Assembly (NCBI GenBank): GCA_951406725.2
Contig: OX597827.1
Location: 63,860,001 to 63,924,000, forward strand
Direction of reading: 5' to 3'
Source of the DNA: Octopus vulgaris
Lineage: Eukaryota
DNA length: 64,000 bases
Shown: in pieces, positions 13,321 to 26,646 of the stretch
Position numbering within the stretch: the first letter of the stretch is position 1
Layout of the letters: each line of letters opens with the position of its first letter
Translations under genes and position numbers: made by a program
The notes under the pieces: model-generated
Told to the model about the DNA's origin: nothing
Database searches by the model: none
The model's input: the letters and a program-made list of their open reading frames with translations, nothing else

Positions 13321-13458
13321 ATATATTCATAGATGTGTGCGTATCTATATATCTCTCTCTACATACAAATATACATATGTATGTGTGTGTGTATATATAT
13401 ATATTTATATATATATATATATATATATATTCAAACACTTGTCCATAGATATGTGTAC

Positions 13459-13512
<54 letters not shown>

Positions 13513-13996
13513 ATTCATACATACAATAATGGATTCACCCGTTGATAGATGATGTATGAGGGTTCGACAATTTCTTAGCAAACAACCACATCGTTGTTAT
13601 ATATACACCCAACCACATGGTTCTGAGTTCAGTCCCACTGTGTGGCACCTTGGGAAAATGTTTTCTACTATAGTCCTGGGCCAACAAAAGCCTTGTGAGT
13701 GAATTTGGTAGATGGTAACTGAAAGAAGCCTATCATATATATATATGTGTGTGTGTGTGTGTCTTTGTGTCCCCTACCACCACTTGGCAACCGGTGTTAG
13801 GTTGTTTACATCCTTGAAACTTAGCGGGTCAGTAAAAATGGCTAATAGAGTAACTACCAAGCTTTAAAAGTACTGGAGCCAATTCGTTTCACTAAAACCA
13901 TTCAAAGTGGTATCCCAGCATGGCCACAGTCCAGTGGCTGAAACATGTAAAAAGATAAAAGATAAGGATATATAAACATGCACACAGACACATATA

Positions 13997-14035
<39 letters not shown>

Positions 14036-14579
14036 ATGCATACATGCGTGTATGCATGCGTGTGCATGTGGATCAGATTAAGGGATGTTTGGGACACGAC
14101 CAAGCTTCGAAAGTCTGTTTATGGGGATTTCCTTTCATTTGTGTTTTTAAATTTCTTTTGTTTTTGTTTCTTATTTAACTTTTTGTTTCTTATATTTATT
14201 TATTTTCGTTTTAATTACAACAATATGGTATAATATTGGAATGCAGATTGATCTATGCAAAAACCACTTACATTGTGGAAACTTCACAACTTCACTTTAG
14301 TCAACGAGAAAGCCTAATGTCATACATACATACATACTTACATATATATGCATGTATGTAGATGGTTGTGTGTGGCTGTGCATGTGTAGATATATTTAGT
14401 GGGTGTGAAGGGAAGATGCAGATGCAGGTATAGAATAATAGATAAGCACTGAATTAGTGTTTGGATAGATTGAATTCTTAAACGCCAAATTCTTAATCAG
14501 AGTAAAGAAATCCAGAAACAGATGAAGTAGATGCTTCACAAAATTTGAGCAGATGATAAAGAGGGAAAATGGAAAAAAC

Positions 14580-15409
14580 AATTATAGGTGTAAGGCATAC
14601 ATTTATATGAGATTTTACTTGCATTCACGGGATGTAAATAGATCTTTACAGCTGTTTCAAATACGTGGTGAATGATTGAAATTGTGATGCATATTACGTA
14701 AATAGATGTACAAGTTGTACATTATGGAGCTGTAATACTCAAAAGTATATAAGCAATCATATTATAAACACACTTGAATTTTAATGTATGGGTACCTCTT
14801 CATGTGACAAAATATGGAACATTCTCTGCAGAAGGGTAATGGTAAATATAGCAGGATGGATAATATTTCTCATAAATATTGGAACTGAGAAATTAGATGA
14901 ATAGTGATACAATGTGTACAGGGAAGATTATTGTGGGAGATATATAGAAGGAGAGGGAAAAAAGAGAAAACACAAGGCAGGGAAAAGTAAATATGTTAGC
15001 TAGACAAAGAGTGAAATGGAGTAGAGGAAGTTGGGGCAAAAATATGGAAGGAGAAAAAGGACGAAAGTGGTTTGAAGGTGTAGTAGGAGAGGTAATGATA
15101 AACTGTATAGAGAGCAAGATATTGAAAGGAAAAAGAACCTTACCTTTATTTATTGTTTCCCATGTTATCTTATTTCTCATTACCCTTCTGAAGAGAATGT
15201 TCTGTGTTTGTCACATGAAATCACTTATGTATTAAGATTCGTTGTCTTGATATCATGTTTTCTTATATGTTATTGAGTAATGTTACCTTGCATGATATGC
15301 ATTATAACACTAACAAATCATTCAACATTTGAAACAGCTGTAAAGATTAGTTTACATTCCGTAAAAATATGTAACATATCACCTAAAAGTATGTCTTACA
15401 CCTATAATT
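14580..15409. repeat. Old diverged inverted duplication (arms ~14580-14841 and ~15178-15409), each arm carrying a hammerhead-like motif
   Basis: Mirrored blocks: aattataggtgtaaggcatac/gtatgtcttacacctataatt, ctttacagctgtttcaaat/atttgaaacagctgtaaag and cagaagggtaatg/cattacccttctg. Confidence 0.8.
15185..15345 (+). ncRNA. Type I hammerhead-like motif with very long stem II insertion (canonical core)
   Basis: ctt CTGAAGA gaatgtt-[~120 nt]-aacattt GAAA c-agct-g TA aag: 7-bp base of stem II, palindromic ACAGCUGU stem III and a GUA site. The - strand mirror at 14644-14834 has core CUGCAGA. Confidence 0.65.
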
Positions 15410-15427
15410 ACTTGATCACCTTTCCTC

Positions 15428-15461
<34 letters not shown>

Positions 15462-16424
15462 TCGGGGTGGGGTGCATTTTCTGCAGACTACACACATGCA
15501 TACACTGACACACACACATATGTACATACATACTGTTAAAAACTCTATAACACCCAGTAGAGAGACTCCCACTTCATCTTAATTTACTCACCTTTTATAA
15601 GTCACAGGAAACACTAGGTCTATTCTTTAGTTTGCCTGTGCCCTCACAATCCTCCACCACAATCAACAGTCATAATAGGTTAAAGATAATTTTGAGTCCT
15701 CCAGAATCTGCCCCCTAATTGTGACTTCTCATTTGCCCCATCATGCAATGGCTGTAGATCACAGAATATTCTGGAAATCTCTGTCTTGGGTATAAAGAAG
15801 TTTGATAGAAGATACATTGAACAATAGGGTCCTAATGTTACTATGACAGGTCATGTCAGGAAGACCCCTGGTTGTTTTCATCATGGAGTATCCTGAGGTC
15901 AATAAACAACATTATCATTATTGGGCCCTTGTAAATAGTGGCAATCTGGCAGAATCATTAGTACATTGGACAAAATGCTTAGCAACGTTTCTTCAGACAT
16001 TCTGAGCTCAAATCCTACCAAGATTAACTTTGTCCTTCATCATTTTGGGGTCGATAATATAAGCACCAGTTGAGCACTGAGGTCAATATAATCAACTTAC
16101 ACCCAGCCCCTAAAATTGTTGGCCTTGTGTCAAAATTTGAAGCCCTCATTGTGGCCTATAAGTAAACCCCTATGTGAGAGGTTAAGATGCTAGAAATAGG
16201 AGTAAAATGTTTTGCAAGTCACCACCTGATGTCTTGAGTATGGAAGAATACATTAGATAATATTACCCTTAAATAGATCATGTGAAAACAAAATGCATGG
16301 TCGTCAAGGATGGAATGTCTATAATTATTGGTCTGCCATATCAGGCTTTGATCCAAAGATAACCCAAAAATACCTGCAATAACTCCTTTAGTGCTTCTAG
16401 TGGGTAACTACCCATACTAATATC

Positions 16425-17098
16425 GGCTCCAAATTTTGGCACAAGGCCAGCAATTTTGGGATTTGGGGTAAGTCGAATACATTAACCTCAGTATTTGACT
16501 GGTACATATTTTATTGACTGTGAAAGGATGGAAGGCAAAGTTGACCTCAGGAGCATTGGAGGCTTGAGTGTAAAGACAAACTATCACTAAGCATTTTGTC
16601 CTTTATGCTAACTATTCTGCTAACCTACCACCTTACTGGAGTACTATTGTCAATGTCTTTATTGCCCACAAGGGGACAAACAAGGACGGAAAAATGGATT
16701 AAGTTGATTACATCGACCCCAGTGCTTAACTGATACTTAATTTATCAACCCCAAAAAGATGAAAGGTAAATTCGACCTCAGCTGAATTTGAACTCAGAAC
16801 ATAACGGCAGACAAAATACCACTAGGTAGTTAGCCTGGTATGCTAATAATTCTGCCAGCTCGCCACACTCTGGGGTACTAATATCGCTTTCTACTCTAGG
16901 CACAAGGCCTGAAATTTTGGGGAGAAGAGCTAGTCAATCAGATCAACCCTAGTATGCAACTGGTACTTAAGTTATTGACCCTGAAATGATGAAAAGCAAA
17001 GTTGACCTCGGCGGAACTTGAACTCAGAACGTAAAGGCAGACAAAATACCGCTAAGCATTTCGCCCAGCGTGCTAACGTTTCTGCCAGCTCGCCACCT
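16425..17098 (-). mobile_element. Three tandem SINE family A copies
   Basis: Three successive reverse-complement copies ending in accttactgg, gccagctcgccacactc and gccagctcgccaccttc. Confidence 0.8.
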
Positions 17099-17565
17099 TC
17101 TGGAGTACTAATATCAATATTTTTGTTGTTGTTAAATGGAATTAGCTGCATTTGCATATAATGACTGTGTTAGTGGGTGTATGATTGGGTATTTTAATAT
17201 GATGGTGGATGCCTTTATTTATGTGTGTGTGAGAGAGAGAGAAAGAGAGCAGAAATATGTCAGTTTAGCAATAGCAATGCTATTGAGAAGGCAGGTTAAA
17301 AAGGAATGGTTTAAACACTGCTTTGGTTTGTATTTTATATAAGAGCATATGCATACACACATATATGCATGCATACACAGACACATTCATGTAAACACAC
17401 ACACACAGATTCATGCACACACATACACACATGTGCATGCATACACACCTGTGTGTATATAATAATGTGTGTGTATGCACAAAGCATATGTGTAATGCAG
17501 GTATGGGAATATAGTATGTTTATATGTGTAAGTGTGTGTGTATGTATATATGTGCATATGTATAT

Positions 17566-17600
<35 letters not shown>

Positions 17601-17863
17601 CATACATACATCGATGTATATATGTACATGTATATAAATGTGAGCATAGATAGACAGTTAGATTGATAGATAGATAGATAGACAGACATACAGATAGATA
17701 GATGCATGCATGTATATATACATACATATATAAATACATGTATACATGCATATATACACGCATATACATTAAATGGCATTTTCATGTATTGTCTATGCTA
17801 CTATTTTTAACACTGAATTTAAATTTTGTATATACAGTTGCTATAATGTATTTAGTGTCATTT

Positions 17864-17926
<63 letters not shown>

Positions 17927-18121
17927 TATATACATTTACATCTGGGCATATAAACGCCTGCATATCATGAATGCACAAACACACTCATAAATATGGACAA
18001 ATATATTAAATTTGTATATATGTATACATAAACATAATAATTTTGGAATTTTGAACAAAACAGACACAAACGCCCTCATATATACATATATGTGTTTGTG
18101 TGTAAGTGTGCACATGCCTGC

Positions 18122-18197
<76 letters not shown>

Positions 18198-18216
18198 ATG
18201 TATGTATGTATATATA

Positions 18217-18257
<41 letters not shown>

Positions 18258-18497
18258 TATATATATTCAAACAGAGTCTTTATTCACAGATATACACACA
18301 CCTGAAAAATTTATTAAATATATATATTTTAAAATATTGTATATTTCATTTCCTGTGAAACAGCAGAGAGGTTTTAGGGTACGGAGTGAGCAATAGTTTC
18401 TGTAATGATATATATATATGTGCATGTATGTATGTATACATGTATATGTATATATACACATATATATATGTGTATATGTATGCATATATATATATAA

Positions 18498-18545
<48 letters not shown>

Positions 18546-18589
18546 GTATACACACATATATATGTATACATATGCATAGTGCATGATTA

Positions 18590-18635
<46 letters not shown>

Positions 18636-19077
18636 AAATATTGAAAAACATTTAAAATTACAGAATACATATGCATGCACATGCATATATATAAATATAC
18701 ACACACATCCATATATATATATGTGTGTGTGTGTGTACGCACATGTATATATATATGTATATATATATATATATATGCATTTATATATACTTATATATTT
18801 GTGTGTATGTAAGTACATAATATATGCATACATGCATAAATACATATATATATGTATATATAGATATGTTTGTGTATATATATATATACATATATGCATA
18901 CTATACTTATGCATCGATACATGTACTTATGCATATATATATATACACGCATATATATAAATATATATACACACACATATGTATATATGTATGCATATAT
19001 AAAAGAAAGAAAACTATCGTGATGTGACAAATTTTTTTTTTTTCTCTTAACGCTACTACCTACCGTTTTGTTTGTAG

Positions 19078-19140
19078 ATGCCCTATACCAGGATGTGACG
19101 GGTCAGGTCATGTGACCGGCAAATATTTGACTCATCGGAG
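19078..19140 (+). CDS. MYT1: Myt1-like coding exon B (N-terminal part of a C2HC finger)
   Basis: Acceptor tttgtag and donor gtattt at 19141; 63 bp, phase 2-2. Translates (R)[20 protein letters not shown](S), in frame with exon A. Confidence 0.95.
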
Positions 19141-19405
19141 GTATTTTTTTTTTGACATCCACACATCAGCGCACAGTTTCTCTTTAGTTTGCGTTTCCGT
19201 TGTGTTTTTTTTTTTACTATTATTATTATTATTATTATTATTTTGATTTCATTTTCTTCTTCTTATCATTATTATTATTATTATTATTATTTACTATTAT
19301 TATCGTTCATATTATTTCTTTGTATATTTAGTTGGTTTAGTGTGTCATTTGAAGTCTGAGTATTTTCTGTACATACACATTTGCACGCGTAATTTGGACT
19401 TGCCA

Positions 19406-19443
<38 letters not shown>

Positions 19444-19622
19444 GGGTACATTGACATATATACATACGTAAAACATTTCGTCATAAATGCACATACACAA
19501 ATAAGCATACATACTGTCATGCACACAGTCATATGCACATATGTATTTATATAAGCACACACATACACATACACATACACACATGCATGCAGACATACAT
19601 ACACACACACACATATTTAATA

Positions 19623-19821
19623 TGGGGTGCTGAAAAGTTCCTGGCTTTGGATAAGAGAAAATACAGGAGGATCAGTTAATTATGATCTTAATCAACATAT
19701 TCCCCTCTCAGATTCACACACTTATTGCAATGGTCCTTAAGTTTATCTAAGCACTCAGAAGGTTGAACCACCAACCCGGTCTTTCGCATTACCCTTAAAG
19801 CCAGGAATTTCCAGCACACCG
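19623..19821. mobile_element. Tc1/mariner-type MITE
   Basis: TIRs ggggtgctgaaaagttcctggcttt / aaagccaggaatttccagcacacc. A second copy lies in the opposite orientation at 59063-59272 and a fragment at ~58706-58768. Confidence 0.75.
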
Positions 19822-19874
<53 letters not shown>

Positions 19875-19894
19875 TATGCATGTATGGATATGTA

Positions 19895-19949
<55 letters not shown>

Positions 19950-20097
19950 ATACACACATGTGCATACATAGATTTTTTTATAGAGATTGATGCACCAACA
20001 CATGTATGTATGTGTATGCATGTGTATGTTTGTGTATGCATGTTAGCATGTGTGTGTATGTACATATAGAGCATATACCTGTCTGTATGTGTGTTTC

Positions 20098-20203
<106 letters not shown>

Positions 20204-20514
20204 CATATATATGTATATGTATATATATATGTGTACATTCACACACGTATATTTATGTAGATAGATATAGATATGTAGATACCCAAATTTGTAATGCAAT
20301 GCTTAGAGAAACCTCTTGGATGCATCCTACACACTTTGAGACAATCACCTCCCTCGTGAGAAAATCTAGGTACCTGCATGAATTTCTCGCACTATAACCG
20401 TTCAAGCAAAAGGATGTATATCAAAATTATTGCTGAAATTTCATATGTGTCTGTGTTTTATGTTGTACATACTTATATACATACATACATACATGCATAC
20501 ATACTTACATACAC

Positions 20515-20547
<33 letters not shown>

Positions 20548-20548
20548 C

Positions 20549-20593
<45 letters not shown>

Positions 20594-20720
20594 TACAGAT
20601 ATATACATACATATATATATATATATATATGTGTGTGTGTATGTATGTATATGTGTATGTATGAATATGTATTATTTTTAACTTTTAATCAGCAGATGGT
20701 TTTTGTGCGTCAGAGTAATG

Positions 20721-20761
20721 AAAGTGTTTGATAAGTGTGAGGCATGAAACTCTTAACCTTT
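20721..20761 (+). ncRNA. Type I hammerhead-like motif, U3-A8 core variant
   Basis: aaagtgt TTGATAA gtgt-gag-gcat GAAA ctct T A accttt: stem II has two G-U pairs consistent with CpG decay, and stem I has 6 bp with one bulge. Confidence 0.5.
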
Positions 20762-20809
20762 GAATCCCTACGTAACTTATGAATATTAATAATAATAATA
20801 ATAATAATG

Positions 20810-20861
<52 letters not shown>

Positions 20862-20876
20862 TAATAATAATAATAG

Positions 20877-20922
<46 letters not shown>

Positions 20923-21746
20923 GATGATAGATAGATAGATAGATAGATGGTCATGTTTTGAAATCTATTATGTTCACACTACCAAAGATTTCATATATAT
21001 ATATACATACATATACATATACTCACACGCATTTGCCTCTGAGTGTGAAGTGCCTGTATATATATATATATATATACACATAGTTGAAATTTATAGAAAA
21101 GCACAAGACGAGGACAGGTGTATAAACAACAAGAAAGTATATTAGTTTGATGCTTGGTAAAATGGAAAGGTCTTTTACGTTCTGAGCCTATGCTCTTCAA
21201 CAGAAAGGAATAAGAGAAAATAAACAGAGAGACAGTGAAGAAAACTTGTAGATTTCAGTGGTCCAGCATGATATCCAGTGTGTAGGTGAAAATAAGATAA
21301 GCTTAGTACAGATAAACACATGGTTGTCATCTTTAAGGACAATGGAATGGCAGACTTTAGATGTGTATTTACTTGTAATTACTTTGTAATAAAAATTGGA
21401 ATTCTCTCAATTAAATAAGTAGAAGTTAAATAAATATATTAATTTGGATACTTACTAATATATATAGTTTTATTTTTTATTCCTTTGACAAGTGAGTAGA
21501 GAGAACAGTGGCAGCCAGCCTCTAAAAAAAAACAGATCTAAATTCCAATAAGGGTGAATATTAATATGACCTAGTTCTTCAGGATTGCAACTAGCCATTG
21601 TCCACTGAGATCGTACTTTAACCTCTAGTTATTTTTAGAACAGAATCCAAATACACACATGCTCTCTCTCTCACACACACACACATTGCTATTCAGTCAG
21701 TAAGGAACTCACCATCATTTAGGATATATATGAATATATATCAATT

Positions 21747-21839
21747 TTGCCCTGAAGAGATTTTTACCTTTTAAATTCATAATGCAATTTCAATTGTAAA
21801 ATATGAATGAAGGTGAGAAATTGAAACGTGCATAGGCAA
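21747..21839 (+). ncRNA. Type I hammerhead-like motif (canonical core)
   Basis: ttgcc CTGAAGA gatttttacctt...aaggtgagaaatt GAAA cgtgca TA ggcaa: perfect 5-bp stem I and a long stem II. cgtgca is explicable as CpG decay of palindromic cgcgcg. Confidence 0.7.
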
Positions 21840-21984
21840 CATGAATTTGTCTATTATATAAATAAATAGATTTTTTTCTGTGTTCACACTCGCCATGTTC
21901 TTTATATCATATATTTATATTGTGAAATTTGATTTAATACTAAATTGAATTTTTCCCTGTAAGTTGGGAGTTATACTCCCTAAC

Positions 21985-22024
<40 letters not shown>

Positions 22025-22178
22025 CTATGTATTTACAGATATGTATTTACAGATACACATGCATACACATACAAATTTTCACAAATGCATTCATACTTAC
22101 ATATAAGTGTGTGTATATGTATGTAGGTATGTATGTGTATAATTAGATAGGTGGGATGTGTATATATATATGTTAATT

Positions 22179-22219
<41 letters not shown>

Positions 22220-22226
<7 letters not shown>

Positions 22227-22427
22227 AAGAGGCTTCCAAATAGGAAAGCCTTGTGCTAGAAAGAGCAGTAGAAAACTCAAACCCCCAAATAAGGATAAAT
22301 TCTCGAAAGGAATGAAAATTAAAAACGTTTACCATCACAGTTATTTCCCAGACCATGGTTTCTAACTATTTCCAACAAAGAAATATTCTAGCACAAGGCT
22401 TTCCTATTTGGAAGCCTCTTATTGTAT
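22220..22427. repeat. Element with 42-bp perfect inverted repeats adjacent to (TA)n
   Basis: atacaataagaggcttccaaataggaaagccttgtgctagaa (22220-22261) is the reverse complement of 22386-22427. Confidence 0.85.
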
Positions 22428-22511
22428 TTCTATGTGAATAATATATAGTCTAATGACTAATTCGTTTTTGTGCTAGGCCACTGGTAATAATAATTTCTTA
22501 TTACTCTATTG

Positions 22512-22556
<45 letters not shown>

Positions 22557-22883
22557 TTCATACATACATGTATGGCTGTGTTGTAGGAAGCTTGCTTCCC
22601 AACCACATGGTTCTGGGTTCAGTACAACTGTGTGGCACCTTGGGCGAGTGTCTTCTACTATAGCCTCGGGCCTACCAAATTTTTGTGAATTAATTTGGTA
22701 GACTGAAACTGAAAGAAAACCGTCATGTGTGTGTGTGTGTGTGTGTGTGTAGATGTATGCCCACACATGTCTGTGAAGATAACTGAATTTATCACTTCTA
22801 GAATCATCTGTGTTTTGATTCTACTTAGATACTCCATATCTACCTTATCATTTTAGTCCAAATTTATACTGTTGTTATTATTA

Positions 22884-22946
<63 letters not shown>

Positions 22947-23273
22947 GTATTAGCACTAGTTGTTGTAGTGTTTAGAGATGTTGTCATCTTTGTTGCTGTT
23001 GTTGTTGACTAGAAATTTTAATGATGAATATACTCAGATATGTGCTTCTCTCACTCTCTCTCTCTCTCTCTCTCACTGTCTCTTTTTCTTTCTGTAGGTA
23101 TCTCTATCTTTATATATATATATATGGCCTTGCTTTTGCTTTTTGAGCCAAAAAATTAACTTAACTTAACTATATATGCGTGTGTGAGTGTGTATGTATA
23201 TATGCATATAAACATAAATGAATATATATATTTACATACAAACGTACAACATACACAGACATGCACATATATG

Positions 23274-23364
<91 letters not shown>

Positions 23365-23499
23365 ACTTTTATATACAAGTATATATATATAAACACTTAT
23401 ATACAAGTATATATATATATATATACACACACAAGTATATATATATGTATATATATATATACTTATATATATAACATGTATCTTATATGTATACATAAG

Positions 23500-24185
23500 A
23501 TAGCTTTGATAGATTTAGTGGGATGTGTTGGCAGTGATGCTTTTGGGTGTCTCAGAATGTTTCACATCTTACAACATCAGACCCCCCTCACCCCATTGAC
23601 CCAGCTGGGGTTGATCAGGTCCCAGCATGCATTCCAGTTGCAACAGATCTCTATATCCGAATCCATCTAGTTGCTTTCTTTGCAGCTTCAGTGATGGAAT
23701 TTATTAGCCCTTTCTTTTTCTTCCGCTAACTTTTGTCAGGCTGTTCGATCTACTGCAACACTTTGCATGGAATCAGGGATACATGGACAGTGAAGGACTT
23801 GGCACTATGGGATAAGTCCTAGCCTTGTTCCCTTTTTTTTGTCACCAGGATACGGTCCTGTACATTGTGCCTGATTCTCATTCTCCAGGCATTTCATCCC
23901 AAGCCTGATGCACTTTCATGCCACGAAAGTTCTTGCATCTTTTGCCACAGTCTTCGTTGTCCTTTTTCCATTTAGTGAATCATATTCCATCAGTCTATCC
24001 TGTTAGGGATCTCATCCTCCCCTCAACCACCTCTCAAGATCCTCTGGGGATATGCTTCATCTTGTTCATAACAAGGAAAAAGTTCTAAAGTCAGGTGGCT
24101 GGCCCAACAGGTCCTTCATGCCATCTTTCCCTGCTGTCAACTGACTTCCCAGTTGTCACCAAATTATTCTTGTTCATCTCATCTT
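23500..24185 (-). mobile_element. Degenerate 3' end of a restriction-like-endonuclease LINE (HERO/NeSL-like)
   Basis: The - strand carries the frameshifted remnant [12 protein letters not shown] followed by a 3' UTR cctgatcaaccccagctgggtc...gagggggg tctgatgttg...gaaaca, which resembles HERO-type ends as I recall them. Confidence 0.5.
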
Positions 24186-24187
24186 GT

Positions 24188-24246
<59 letters not shown>

Positions 24247-24342
24247 CGGGAAGGTTTACGAAAATAAACAAAAGACAAAAGCAGGTGGAGTACAAACAAG
24301 CAATTGCATTAGTATGGCGCTCAGGAATAGAAGTAGAACAAG

Positions 24343-24380
24343 TCTTTTACGTTTCGAGCCTACGCTCTTCGACAGAAAGA
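24343..24380 (-). ncRNA. Minimal hammerhead-like motif of repeat family H (non-canonical position 6)
   Basis: - strand tcttt CTGTCGA a gagc-gtag-gctc GAAA cg T A aaaga: perfect stems I and II and a palindromic ACGU stem III remnant. Confidence 0.55.
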
Positions 24381-24500
24381 TACACAGAAAAGATACAAGG
24401 AGAGGAAAAAATGCGTGTGGGAGCCAACGGTCAATCATGATATATATATATATGTACATATATTTGTTTTTCCTTATATATCAATTTATATATAAAACAC

Positions 24501-24743
24501 TTGCAGTGTGAAAGATGTTTATAAGCCATTTAAAAACACACAAAAGTCGTTAGATTCACTTCAACATTTAAATTTAATTTGCCAAAATATTTTCATCGCT
24601 TTATGACCGCAACCTGTTCACTGACAAAATTCCATGCTGCAAAGCAATGAAAATATTTTGACAAATTAAATTTAAATGTTGAAGTGAATCTAACGGTTTT
24701 TGTGTGTTTCTTAAATGGCTTATAAACACCTTCTGCGCTGCAA
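24501..24743. repeat. Fold-back element (~100-bp arms, ~38-nt spacer)
   Basis: ttgcagtgtgaaagatgtttataagccattt...ttttcatcgcttt is mirrored by aaagcaatgaaaa...aaatggcttataaacaccttctgcgctgcaa. Confidence 0.85.
24578..24628 (-). ncRNA. Type I hammerhead-like motif, G3-C8 core variant
   Basis: - strand tttgtca GTGAACA g gttgc-ggtcataaa-gcgat GAAA atat T T tggcaaa: 7-bp stem I (the other arm reads the perfect tgacaaa), 5-bp stem II and palindromic AAUAUU. Confidence 0.65.
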
Positions 24744-24968
24744 TTGTTTTTGTTTCAGCATACGATCTCAGATCAAGTCACGTGCTATGCAAGTACATCT
24801 CCGTAATATATAAAAACAATTTAACATTTAGCCAAAGGATTACTCAATACATTTTGAATACATTACAAGGAAAAGGTTGACTGACTTTGAAGTTTCAGCT
24901 AGTTTGTCTTCATCACACTATTTCTATACACAATATACACACACACTTACAGACACACTCACACAAAT

Positions 24969-25015
<47 letters not shown>

Positions 25016-25289
25016 CCCGCAAACATATTTATGTACATACAGATATATGCATATATACACACAAATGTGTATATATCCCTCTCTCGCGTTCAGAGAGGCA
25101 CTGAGCAGCTATACGCACACATACACACACGGCAATAACTTCGACATACCGAATTCAATCACAAAGCTTCGGTCGACTCGGGGCTATAGCAGAAGACACC
25201 TGCCCAAAGTGCCACACAGTGGGACTGAACCCAAAACCATGTAGCTAGGAAGCAAGCTCTCTAACCACACAGCCATGCCCGTGCCTATA

Positions 25290-25345
25290 TATTTTATATA
25301 TATATATAGGCACATGGCTCTCAATCATGAGGTAGTGCGGTTGAT

Positions 25346-25379
<34 letters not shown>

Positions 25380-25386
25380 GTGCGTA

Positions 25387-25424
<38 letters not shown>

Positions 25425-25790
25425 CCCACAAACATATTTATGAACATACAGATATATGCATATATACACACATGTGTATATATGTATATATATATTTTAT
25501 ATATATATATAGGCACATGGCTCTCAATCATGAGGTAGTGCATTTGATACACACACATATATATATGTGTGTGTGTATATGTATATATATATGTACACAC
25601 CCACAAACATATTTATGTACATATAGATATATGCATGTATGCACACACATATGTATATATATATTTTATATATAGGCACATGGCTCTCAATCATGAGGTA
25701 GTGCGTTTGATACACACACATATATATGTGTGTGTATATGTATATATATATGTACACACACACACAAATATATATATATGCAATATATAT
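25290..25790 (+). repeat. Tandem minisatellite, three ~165-200 bp units
   Basis: ggcacatggctctcaatcatgaggtagtgc recurs at 25309, 25512 and 25675, separated by gtacacacccacaaacatatttatg and (TA)n. Confidence 0.85.
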
Positions 25791-26646
25791 ATAGGTATCT
25801 GTAGTTTTACACACACATATATATATATATTTATAAGCCACATAGTACATGTAAAGTATTTGGAGGCCTATCACATATATATATATGGGTGTGTGTGTGT
25901 GTGTGTAATGTCTGTATTTATGTGCCTTTATGTCTCTCTTTATCGCACGCACACAGACACACACCCTCACCCACACACTGCCTGACAGCTGGTGTTGGTT
26001 TGTTCCCAACCCCATAACTTAGCATTTCTGCAAAATTGGACTAGAGAATAAGTATGAGACTGGTGTCAATTCATTCAATCAAAACCCTTCAATTAAGTGC
26101 CCCAGCATGGTCGCCATCCAATACCTGAAACTTCCTGATTTGCAAGAATTTTGAAATAATTTTGATTGGGTGGAAAATTTAGAACTAAGATTTGAAACTA
26201 AAATTTAGTTACATGACAGAGCCCCAGCATGGCCACAGCCCTCTGGCTGATATTGATAAAGAATATACTATAACTATATTATACTTTTATTCTTTTAATT
26301 GCTTCAATCATTGCACTGTGGTCATACTGGAGCATCACCTTAAAGGGTTTTTGTTGATTAGCTTGACATTTGACTCTAGTTTTTAGTTTGAAAAGTTTTG
26401 TTTCATTGGTTTCATTTTACCAAAACCTCTAAATTACAAGGATGCAAACAAACCAACACATCATCAAGCAGTTAGATGGAAATACAAACCAAAAGATATG
26501 CACATGAACAAACATACACACATAAATATATACATATATATATAGACAAGTTCAGCAAAAATTTAGATTCAGATGAATATGGTACCTAAGTTGAGACACC
26601 AGAACTTAGTACGGTATTATCCAAACAATTTCAAAATACGGGATTA

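Noticed and set aside
24880-24922. Possible - strand hammerhead GTGATGA...GAAA
   Set aside because: G3-G8 mismatch and no stem I complementarity.
25290-25790. Regularly spaced ~30-bp repeats resembling a CRISPR array
   Set aside because: The intervening sequences are themselves repeated low-complexity DNA, the context is eukaryotic and there are no cas genes; this is a minisatellite.
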